A stretch of 63,690 nucleotides of DNA, filler included, from Choristocarpus tenellus KU-1152 (lineage: Eukaryota; Protista; Phaeophyceae), in the NCBI GenBank assembly GCA_964200185.2. It is 9 parts of 9 records of this genome, joined end to end, with 100 filler letters (N's around TTAATTAATTAA, not from the genome) between each part and the next. Parts side by side here need not be neighbours in the genome. Positions count along the whole stretch, not along the records: positions 53,129 to 55,883 come from CAXNAD020025021.1; positions 55,984 to 59,409 come from CAXNAD020020112.1; positions 59,510 to 63,690 come from CAXNAD020015816.1; 6 more parts are not named here. One strand, 5' to 3'. Within the stretch, counting starts at the first letter, position 1. The number at the start of each line of letters is the position of its first letter. Below are positions 53,488 through 63,690 of this stretch, piece by piece. Below the pieces are notes generated by a model. The model saw only the letters and a program-made list of their open reading frames with translations. It was not told the origin of the DNA and ran no database searches. A program made the position numbers and the translations under genes.

Positions 53488-54252
53488 CTCCCTCTATCCT
53501 ATAGGTCTGGACCGTTAAAGTTTTTTTGTTAATAAATTTTGCAAATGGGAGATACAGAAACTACAGATAATACCCTTCGATACCCAACAACTTCGACTTG
53601 CCCATAGATTCCTTCAAAATATTTTTTCATTCGAAATGGTTGAGAAACCGATCCCTGAACACAAACTTTCAATTTCGAAAATGGCAGATAATCAAAAACA
53701 GCAAAACTGATCAAAAATGGCTGGAAACGATGGTTAATCAACCATAACGTCTCAACGACACCTCTCCGATGAAGATCCTGTGAGCTGCGTTGGATTCTTG
53801 GCGTTTCTTGCATTAAACTATGTACTCGTCACTCCCATTCTCTCCCTCAATCCACCAAGTTGTGGGCACATACATTGTTCGCGTCTTTGTCAATGGAGAT
53901 GAAGTGATCCAGAACGCGCTCAGTCAGGAGAAAATGAGAGTGTATCACCAAACCGAAGTTATTGGCTATCGAAGGATGTTATTTGTAGTTTCTGAATCGT
54001 ACATTTGAAATGATATTCACAATACACCATAATGATACACACTTGTGGGAGGGACGCAGCGAGAATATGCCCCATTCTCTGTTCCATTCATTCGGAGCTA
54101 TTTCAGAACGGAATTATTTCTAGAAGTCCTTCACATTTAGTACTGCAATGCAAAATATTCTGAGGAATCCAACGCAAAAGTCCGTTTTGTAAGCAAAGGT
54201 CACATCCCAAACAACTACAACTTTACGACCCAGACCTATGGGACAGAGGAAG
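53488..54252. mobile_element. Stowaway-like non-autonomous mariner element (765 bp)
   Basis: TA-CTCCCTCTATCCTATAGGTCTGG ... CCAGACCTATGGGACAGAGGAAG-TA (TIRs plus TA TSD); additional internal inverted repeats. Confidence 0.75.
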
Positions 54253-54703
54253 TACTATGTGATATTTTATGTATAGGCGTCTTTTTTCTTACGTTTCTTG
54301 TGGAAAGGTGTATGTGTGTGTAGTGTGAAAGAAGGAAGTACATAGGGAGGAAAAAGGAAAATACATTTTTGTTAGACGCCTTAACGAAAATTGTGAGATG
54401 CACCAAAATATTTTATCGAGACATAGATCGATGTCAAGTGTGCACTGCACGCAAAGAGAGAGCGTCACGTTCGTGCTGTTTGCCCTCCAACAACGACTTG
54501 CACATCTAAGCATCACCAATACCAGGAGGGGGATGGAAAATGGGGTGGGGTAAATCTCACCGTCCTTGCATCCCTGCTCATCCCAAGCATTTTGTGCAGT
54601 ACGTGACTATGACTACATACCTCCATCTTTTCTTCGTAGTTATGATGAAATATACGAAACAGGTCCACCAACACACACCGATGGTGAAGCATCTAGGTCA
54701 ACT

Positions 54704-54961
54704 GAGTCAAAGTGTGTTAGAGGGTAGGGCCGCGTCCGTTTGGCGGCCAAAATCCAATGTTGAAAGTTTGATGTGATTTTGGCTATCATGTTTGTTAAGA
54801 AGCGTCAACACCCTTGTTCCAGACACACCTTTTCATAACATAGACATTTTACCTACTCCAAAACACTTCGGAGTTGGAAAATATCATAAAAATACTGTGG
54901 GAAGCTAAGCCCCAAACGGACAAACAAGGCAAAACTCGTACCCTCTAAGATACTTTTACTC
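54704..54961 (+). mobile_element. MITE family 1 copy
   Basis: TIRs present; AACT duplication. Confidence 0.85.
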
Positions 54962-55059
54962 AACTCTGCAAAGGAATGGACTTTCCTTACACTATGGAGG
55001 ACGGTAGTCCATTCAAAGTGAACTGGAAATTCCGCATGGATGTGGTCTTCCATGCTGGT

Positions 55060-55710
55060 TAACTTGTGGACACCGGATCAACTCCCTACGGGGACCAAGG
55101 TCTTCTCCTAGATGCTACATTTGGAGAAGTGCAAGCAGCCTTCCATCTACCCCAATTATCCACCAGCAATGGTGTAGCTGCTGCTACACCTGAGACACGA
55201 AAGCACACCCACTACGAGGGTTCTTTTGACCCTCATAGTTATAACCTCAACACAATCACGGTGTAGTGTTTTGACCGCCTCAGTCAAGCAAGCAGAACGT
55301 TTTCTATATGGGTTTGCTACGCATGCAGTATGGGAGGGAGGGGTGGGAAGTTGCAGTAGGAAAAGACCTGTCAAATCCAGTATACGACAGATAGTGTCTG
55401 TCATAACACAAGGGACTCTATCGAGATGTGCCATGTGTTTTAAGCTAGAGACACCAGGAAGATGGGCAAGGAGGGACCTGTCAGATTCTTGGGATACTTC
55501 TCTACCTCCTTGCTCTGTGGTTTAGAGCTAAGCTAAGTTAGAGGCATAATAGGGGAGTGGTGTAGCATAGCCCATAATCAAATAGTAAATTGATTTTAGA
55601 GAGATATCTTTCACATTTACGATAACTGTTGCTTTAACAAGGCTCCACACGATACTGAATTTACTTTTCCCTTCACACATCTCCAATTAGAGGGCATAAT
55701 AATATACTAC
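55060..55710 (+). mobile_element. CRE-like RLE non-LTR retrotransposon 3' relic
   Basis: GLLLDATF...GVAAATPETRKHTHYEGSFDP...QAERFLYGFATHAV: RLE-like D..AA..E.RK..Y pattern; homologous to 15270-15860. Confidence 0.6.
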
Positions 55711-56385
55711 GTGAAAGCAAGTTTGTCTGAGGTCGTACCGTTATTGCCGTATGCCATATACCGTCATACCGATTGAGGTTCTTTTCCGAGAACTTTGGTT
55801 CAATTGTGAGGAGGTGTTCGTAGATAGTGCTGCTGGTACACTATAGACACCATCGGTGGAGTAGATTAGGAAATGCAGACACCNNNNNNNNNNNNNNNNN
55901 NNNNNNNNNNNNNNNNNNNNNNNNNNNTTAATTAATTAANNNNNNNNNNNNNNNNNNNNNNNNNNNNNNNNNNNNNNNNNNNNGTGTGGGGAGGGGGGGA
56001 GCGGAGGGGGAGGGGGGGGTGGATGGAATAGACGGATCATCGTGATGGTATTATGTGTATCATCATGAAGGCGGTATGCAATGAACCAAGCGTATCGTTA
56101 CTGGTTGGACAGTCAAGTAATTCGCGACCCTTGCTTACATCCTTGTGTTGTCTGAGTGTGTTATCCATGTGGGTCCGTGCCCTGTGGGCAGCCTTCCCCT
56201 TTAGCATAGAGTTCCCTGCATTTCTACGATACTCTGCTTTTTAACTCTTTTGCGTGGTTGTGGTGTGGTTAAGGCAAAGAACCCGCACCGCCTTCCTTAT
56301 CCCAGGAAAAAGAAGGTTGAATATTATAGCGTGTTGATTTCACAAGACACTGCTGTAGCTGTGGTAAACCCCTCCAGTGACCTTG

Positions 56386-56386
<1 letters not shown>

Positions 56387-56421
<35 letters not shown>
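56387..56421. repeat. (CT)n microsatellite
   Basis: Visible dinucleotide run. Confidence 0.9.
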
Positions 56422-56425
<4 letters not shown>

Positions 56426-57692
56426 TAAAGGAGGAAAAATCCCAAAGGTGACGTGGATGACATACTATTGTACCATCTTTGGAATGAAACGTTGTTCTAC
56501 CTATCTTTAGTGGAGATGTGATTGGAAGGCGGATTCCTGTTGGTGATGTGAAACGATACCCACTCTCTTTTTGTCCTTTTTTTTTTTAAATACAATATCC
56601 TGGCTCAATCCACAGATGGCGGATCATTACCTTGGCATGTCTGTGCATGGGAGGTGAAGGCGCTTTGGGATGTTACAGTAGGGTGGTGATGCTAAGGGTT
56701 AGGGTTAGGGTTAGGGTTGATTTGTGTAGGAAATGGATGAGTCCTGCCTTGTTGGTTGCCCTCATTGGGGCCATACACAAGCACCTTTTGTCTAAAGGGG
56801 GAAGAGGGCGTACTTGTCTGAGAAATATCCACAGTGTGTGTGACAAATGTAGTAAATAGGAATTCGTCTCGGTGTAGGCAGCAGTAATATGATATTTATA
56901 TTCCTAGCAATAATATGCCATGTATGGGGGATTAACTCTAGTCATCACAAAAAGGAATGCAGATAACAAGAGGGGATAAGAACTAGGAATTTGTGTGCTA
57001 TGGGAGGCGTGAATGTGTGTAGTGTGTGTTGTGCCTTTTTCGTCAAGTCCTCGGGTGGTGTTTCCGGCTATGAATAGTTAATGGTGTAGTGCTGTCAGTT
57101 CTGAGGTGTGACATATTAAGGTACTAGTAGTGTTGCATGCGTAAGTAGAGCACATGCTGTTCCAGTTCCAAACTTCCACAATAATATATTGATTCTTCTG
57201 AAATGGTGATGGTGATTTGAGATCATGGTTCATTTGATGGTGTACCTACCTGCTCCTCAAAAAAAATATTATTGTACCACTCAACACACTGATGTTTATT
57301 GCATGCTTGATGTAGAGAGTGGGAGTAATGTTGATGGTGAAATATCGTACTTCTAGAAAATTTATTTCCAAGTTGAATCTTGCACTGTTGTGAAGATTCG
57401 TTCTTTATGACCCAAAGTGTGTAACTTGTTCAAAATTCGAAATATTTCCTGGTCAGATACACTGTTCCACTGTAAGAACTAGGAGTTTGTGTGCTATGGG
57501 AGGCGTGAATGTGTGTAGGTCACATAACGAGTAGAAGAAGCAGTGTAGGGGGCTTGAAACTGATACGTTCTATTCACTCTGTCGTGTTAATGTATATCAC
57601 ATTATCTCGCATTCTTCAATTTCTTGTTTTTCTCCTACCTAGCAAGTGCTATATTGGTATTGTATTTTTTAGTATCCATAGTTACTTGCTAA

Positions 57693-57947
57693 GGTTCAAA
57701 GTATCTAGGGGGGNNNNNNNNNNCCGCTTACTTCCCCCCTCCCCTCCGCGCGGTTGTTTTGAGTGGGGTGTGGGGGGGGGGGGGGGGGGGCGGCGGCATC
57801 CATTTTGGGGGCAAATTTTTCATGTAACGTTTTTTGGGTGATTTGGTTGCGTGCGTCGAATGGATAATACAAGTACACTTTTCCTGGTTTGGGGTCAAAT
57901 GGACACCCTGGTGTAGACCGCCCCCGCCCCCCCAGATACTATGGAGT
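57693..57947 (-). mobile_element. MITE family 2 copy containing a 10-N gap
   Basis: GGTTCAAAGTATCTAGGGGG...GGACACCCTGGTGTAGAC...CCCCAGATACTATGGAGT; apparent TAA TSD. Confidence 0.7.
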
Positions 57948-58701
57948 TAACTGACTGGGTGGGTCAGGTCATGTACATGCCACACCCTCTCTTACCCTTC
58001 AATGGCATACTCACGCGTTGTCGATTCGGCAACAAAAATGGTCTCTTTTGTTTGTTTTTTCCACTGTGAAATACAGAAAAAATAATCATCTCTCAAGTGT
58101 GAACAGTTGGGTTTCCTTTCTCCCCCTGGCGATTTTTTTTGGGAACAGTTACATAAATACAGGTTGATCTTCTGTTAATTGAATCCAGAACTGGCTACAC
58201 ATATCTTTCTTTTACATCATACGAGGTGACTTTGAGCTGGAAATATATATTTTTTCATGTATATAATCCGTATATTTTCTGCTATCTCACCAGAAACACG
58301 AAGACCTTCTGACAACTGTTCAAATATAGACATAGCAGCGCACAGGTGAGATCCCCTGTCTTCAGGAGATACCACTGTCTTTGGGGAACACTTTTCACAC
58401 TCTTTTTGGGAATATAACTCCCACCAAACCAAAAATACTCTAATGAGCGAGAAAACAAGTGTTCCCCAAGGACAGTTGGGGCTCCCTAAGACAGGATGCA
58501 CCTCCCCTGTGCACTCCAACATTCTCCGAAATTGTATTAGTTGTATTTCAATGTGTTTGGTTTGTGTCTCCACTTCATTTAAGAAGTAGAGTGCAGAAAA
58601 CGTAAAGGGGAAAAATGGTGACAAGCGCCTTCGACCCTGTTGGTAACAACCATAGTGAGATCGAATGGGAGAATGCAACCAAGTACTACGAACAGGCCTC
58701 C

Positions 58702-58990
58702 TCAAGCTTCTGTCTTGGAGTTGGTGCTACCAACTTCGCTACTGAGTGAGGAGTTGAGTAAGTAAATGATAAGTAATACCACCACAAGATAAAATAATAA
58801 AGCAAGGCCTGAAAGATCATTAAATCGTCCACCAGCACGTTGCTGGAGAAGGTGCTTGTACTTGGTTGCTGCTGCTGCTGCTGCTGCTGATACAGCTGTT
58901 GCTGCTAGTAGATGGAGGGCATGCAGAAACGGACTAGGGAACAACCTTGCCGTGTTGCTTGTGTCAGGATGAAAACCAAGAGGACTGTAC
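58702..58990 (-). CDS. Possible terminal exon of a membrane protein
   Basis: Acceptor-like CACTAG then an open frame with a poly-Ala tract and hydrophobic LALLFYLVVVLLIIYLL; no family recognised. Confidence 0.3.
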
Positions 58991-59699
58991 CTAGTGCAGA
59001 TAAACACACACATACATTCAACAGAACAATCAAAGAATGAAAAAAACATAAGTCACTTGGAGGACATTATTAAATGGGAAGAGAAAGTGGAAGGTATTAA
59101 CACCCCCAAAAAAAAGAAGGAACAAGAAAACGGTAAGCTGGTACACATAAACAGCCTCTCTGCAAAAAAGAGGATGGAGCATACCACGGAGGATGAGTTT
59201 GACCCAAAATGGTGCGCGGGAAGTGTCCATATGTTTTTTTTTGTAAATGTTGCGGCACCTTTTAAGGGCCCCTTTTTGAATGGGAATCTGTGACGAAGGT
59301 GGTGGTAGGACATACTTAATTGATCTTGTACGTTTCCAATGTTCAGAAAGCAAAAGGTCAAAAAAAACTGGGACCCTCCAATTTTTCAAGTACAAAATCT
59401 TAAATTGTANNNNNNNNNNNNNNNNNNNNNNNNNNNNNNNNNNNNNNNNNNNNTTAATTAATTAANNNNNNNNNNNNNNNNNNNNNNNNNNNNNNNNNNN
59501 NNNNNNNNNTCATTACAGGTTCGGGAGAGGAAAATTTACTACTCTTGCTTTTCAGATGGGATGTGGTGATTTCGTTGCACTCTAGGCAGTATGGTACCGC
59601 ATCCCCTGAGACAATCAATGCTCGATGTGTAGAATTTTTACCGAAAATTCTTCAAGGACCAGCTGAAACCTTTTACTTTCAGGCGTTGGCAGGCACAGT

Positions 59700-59946
59700 A
59701 GAGTGGCGTTAGCGGGTTGAGCCGCGTCCATTTGAGGGACAAAATCCAATGTTGCGATTTTGATATAATTTCTGCTATACCGTGTTTGTTAGGAAGTGTC
59801 AACATCCTTGTTCCGGACATATACATGATACCCTACTTCAAAAAAGTATACATTTGATCTTAAATGCCATTAAATAAAACGTGGAAAAGCCAAGCCTCAA
59901 ATGGACAAGCAGAGCAAAAATCATACCCCCTGAGATGCTTTCACTC
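59700..59946 (+). mobile_element. Degenerate MITE family 1 copy
   Basis: GAGCCGCGTCCATTTG...AAAATCCAATGTTGCGATTTTG...GATGCTTTCACTC. Confidence 0.7.
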
Positions 59947-60019
59947 ACTCAGTATTAAGTACAAAGTATATATACTACTGTTTCACATCCACTCTCAAGG
60001 AACTCAATAATCTATCTTA

Positions 60020-60450
60020 CGACTTGTTGGAGGAGGGAGTACTTTTTGAGTTGAGTTATATTCACATTAAGGCTGTTGGGGAGGTGTTGAGCTTCTGGAG
60101 AGTTACAGGTTATTAACATATCCAGACCCCCGGGCTACCATCACTACCAAGTGATGTTTTTCGGTTGGATATGAATGCCTGTATTGATGGGCTGGGTGCC
60201 ATTTTGGAACAGCGAGGGAAGGATGGAAATGTAAGACCCCAATACTTACTAAGTCGAGCTATGTTGGAGAGGGAGAAACTGGATAACTACTAAGTTGGAG
60301 TGTGCACCTATTGTTTGGTATTTTAATATCTGTGCGATACTAAGTTCGATCCTTTACAGATTATAAGGCACTTCTGTATATGCTGAACAAGGCTGACAAT
60401 GTGCCCTGAGTGCAGCTTTGGTTTTAATTTTTAGCTGCTTGTCAACACAT
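60020..60450 (+). pseudogene. Ty3/gypsy pol relic (RT-RNase H)
   Basis: FRLDMNACIDGLGAILEQRGKDGNVRPQYLLSRAMLERE resembles the TDAS..GLGAVL.Q...RPI.Y.SR RNase H motif, followed by LECAPIVW and TDYKAL; frameshifted. Confidence 0.7.
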
Positions 60451-61735
60451 ATCCCATCATAGGCCACGGACCATTGTTGTTAACACGGACATGAATTCAA
60501 TGCTTCCCTTTTTTTGCGCGACCAGGACAGGTTAGTGAATAGGTTGAGAATCTCCGACCTTGCCGATGTTGATATCTACCCTCTGTTCCCCGATCGTATG
60601 TATAATAGATTTGATAATGATTTGTTTAATTTTGAAGTCGAGGATAACATTGTTAAGCATCCTGCTTTACATGTTATTAATGATATCCTATATCTAGGGG
60701 TGGGCGAAGTTGTGAGTTTGAAGTATCAAGTTGTTTTCGATTGAGGGTTTGTGAGCCCTTCGGGTAGCATAATGATTGTGCATGAGAAGGCAGAGTTCAG
60801 ATGAGTTTGTTGGTGTTTTGGAGGGGAGTTCTTTGGAGGGTGTAGAACCACAGACTGCTATGTTTTCTGGCACGGGAAATGTGAGATATTTAGAGGGTGA
60901 GTGGGATGAGTCGGTCACAAAAATAGAGGTGAGACCTTTTTAGGGATAGCCCTGGCCGATAATCCAAGTCAATCCAAATGAATGTAGCACACCTTTAAGA
61001 GAATGAGCAAGAATGCCAGTGTCGTATCCCCTGAGTAGGACAGTTAGGATTTTTATTGAGGAAGGAATTAGAAACGGTTCAGAAATAGCGGAGGAGGTTC
61101 TAGAAGAGGCAAGAAAAGACACTCTTGTGTAAGTGGCATACAGGTGTTGGAAACAGATTATATTCTGCAACGTTTGGTGTCCGAAGACTTGTGTTCAGCA
61201 GTATGATGTTGTTTCCCTTCTAGTTCGGAAACCCTCAGTGGCGTCCAATCGTGTGTGTGTTGAACGTCTCGTCTGTTAGATGGTGACTCTATTAGTGTTT
61301 GTTCTTTTTTTCTGTTGAGACTGTGGGTGATGGATGCACTTTTGAGTTGAGAAGACATACACTATGCTAGCGTTTCTGTTTGTGTAAGGGGGATAGACCA
61401 GAGTTTTTGTTGGTGGTGAAGGCACTGTTACTGCTAGCCTTTGATATGTCGGGGGTTCGTTACCCAGGGATGTGAGATTTGTAAATATTTGAAATAATTG
61501 ATTTGTTTAGTGGACATCATTGTTTTGCTTGCTTTGTCCCAAGGGGAGTTCAGAGCTATGGGATTGATTTTCACTGGTCCAGAGTCGAAAAGAGGGAGAT
61601 AGGATTGGATGTACAAACCTCAGTCTAGCATGGGAGGGAGTGGGGGCAGGGGAAGAACAGCAACACGAGCAGAAGTTGAAGCGTACACTAGCAGGAAGTG
61701 GGACAGGACCATTCAAAGTTTTGGGGGTGGGACCA

Positions 61736-62443
61736 GAGCCAAATCATCTTACTTGGTCGATCAGCGTCCATTTGGGGGCCACAATCGAATGCTGCGATTT
61801 TGATATAGTTTTTGGCTATCGTGTTTGTTAGGAAGTGTCAATATGTTACAGTCGAATAGCTCGAGTATTTCTTTCTTCGTGCCAAAATGCGCGAACGGTA
61901 TAAATACGTAATAATTCATATACGAGGAACTTTGAATTGATAGAAGATGCAGAGTAAGATTCGAAATGCATACATAATCTTACAGAATAGATGTGAATTC
62001 CTGAAAGTTGTAGAATAAGGATTTATGATTGAAGTATTTACACACCAGTTTGCAGACTTCATTTAACTCTTTGACTGTAGAAAAACGGTGAATGATGTTA
62101 ACTAAAGGCTGTGTTATTGACCACACAACTCAATTCTTTGATTCTTGCCCTCTTTTGATAAAGCGAAAAGCGAGACATTGACTGAGCTAAGCATCAACTG
62201 ACACCATACGTGGTCATCATCTGTGAATCCCCGCGTAGCGTTGTTTTAAGGTCGTTGGATTTGAGTTGCGCATCCTGTAGAGGTGAGTTCGGGGGCGCGC
62301 TATAACAAATATCCTTGCTCCGGACACACCTTTTCATATTGTATACATTTTACCTACTGAAAATGTCCTAAAAAAACCCATGGGAAGTCAAGCCCAAATG
62401 GACAAATAGGGCAAAACTCGTACCCTCAAAGATACTTTCACTC
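61736..62443 (+). mobile_element. MITE family 1 copy split by a solo-LTR insertion
   Basis: Left part 61736-61843 and right part 62308-62443 rejoin into the family consensus. Confidence 0.8.
61844..62307 (-). mobile_element. 464-bp solo LTR; orientation is relative to 18870-19333
   Basis: TGTTACAG...CTATAACA termini (TG..CA) with AATA 4-bp TSD. Confidence 0.8.
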
Positions 62444-63690
62444 ATCATGTACCATAGGAAAGCATGTTGATGTAGGGGGAAATCTGTTTTTTCTTGATTT
62501 TCCTCGTGCTGGGACGGAGGTGATGTCAAGGCCTTACTTCTGTGTTTAAATGTAAGCCTTGTGAGCGTCAAGAGGAATACAGTCACCCAAATTCCTACCT
62601 TGGGGTGTGTCGTGTTTTGTGTCACATCAATACACAAAGAATGTCCTTCCGTTCTTGTTAACTGTGGGGGAGGTTGAGTTAGCAGATGTACAAGAGACTG
62701 CACGACCAGCGCAACTCTCAAGGAATAGGGCTAGTTCAGGGTATAGGAGGCACCATTGGTGTCACCTATGAAATATATTGTACTGAAGATCTAGAAGTGT
62801 GTTGGGAGAGAGAGGAAACTTTGGTGAACTGTATTGCGTTGATAGTCACGTACTGGAGTGGTAGCCCGGTACAGGTGAAGGGGGAGCAGGCAAGAAGTAC
62901 TTCAAATGGAGATTTCTTGTGGCCAAGCGTACTGTTACATGTTTGACAGGGCGTAGGAATTTAGAGTCGACGCCTTAATATCTGACCTCTCCTCGAGGCA
63001 ACTTCTGTTGTAGGATGCCATAACACAGCTAAGTATTGAGGTGTGGAAAAAGTTAAGAGGGGAAGAGTTCGTTGTTGGGTGTCACCAAGCAGTGTCCGCG
63101 GAAAGCATTGACAAAGGATCTCCCCAGGAGTCAGCATCTGACCCTAACCCCTTCCTTGCGCAATACGACCAACGGTTAGGGCCATGAGCGGGACCTTGTG
63201 TGCAGAGCAGAAGGAGAAAAGGACAGCAGTCTTCATCGTTGTAGACACAGCATGGAGGGTCTTCTTAACATAGCTGAGGCGTTTGCATTATTTAATGTTT
63301 GGAGCATATGTGATCCTTGACTGGATCTATGCTCACTCCTTCAACAAATAACAGAGTTGTAAGCCCCAACGTGGGGTGGAGTCCTTACATGCTATCATAG
63401 ATCAGTTCCTGTGGTTGAACTGTCGATAATTCGATTGGATTCTCGAGACCTGACCATAGGATTGAATGCGGCACTGGAATTGGCTGGGGAAGGCCAACAC
63501 GTGATCGCGGGAGCTTGCTGGAGCTTGGAGTGCACACAACCGGGCAGAAACCAGCATAGTTACTTGAGAGACGAAGACGACACCCAGTCCGTTCGTGTAC
63601 GAAGACGCCATGGACATCACCACTTGCAACCGCAGAGCAGCAATTCGTAGGCCAAGACACCATGGACATTACTCCGTAAAATCGCAGAGC

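Noticed and set aside
9936-62443. CRISPR-like reading of the recurring AAAGTATCTTAGAGGGTA motif
   Set aside because: The motifs are dispersed inverted termini with TSDs, not direct repeats with spacers; no cas genes
62950-63690. Possible N-terminal part of a non-LTR element or gene on the minus strand
   Set aside because: Interrupted frames, no diagnostic motif, truncated by the window edge

Overview
Eukaryotic genomic DNA with spliceosomal introns, TTAGGG-type repeats and many transposon relics; probably a stramenopile, possibly a brown alga or relative (inference). The window is not contiguous: nine contigs are joined by eight artificial 100-nt spacers (N44-TTAATTAATTAA-N44). The main finding is in contig 1, which carries two divergent, intron-containing bactofilin genes (a bacterial-type beta-helical cytoskeletal protein). 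One starts with an MFSRK peptide resembling the Caulobacter BacA membrane-targeting motif, followed by a Pro/Lys-rich linker. The other is a minimal 121-aa bactofilin. Contig 4 holds a compact four-gene block: LENG8/THP3 (SAC3/GANP family), a large armadillo-repeat protein, RAD51 and ERCC1. Other contigs contain partial ABCC (MRP-type) transporter and PheRS-alpha genes. The rest is repeats: two related MITE families with mostly 3-bp TSDs, DD39D-type mariner relics plus a Stowaway-like element, 464-bp solo LTRs, a Ty3/gypsy RNase H relic, CRE-like non-LTR relics and a tRNA-Ser 3'-half. All gene models were spliced by hand and no database search was run.
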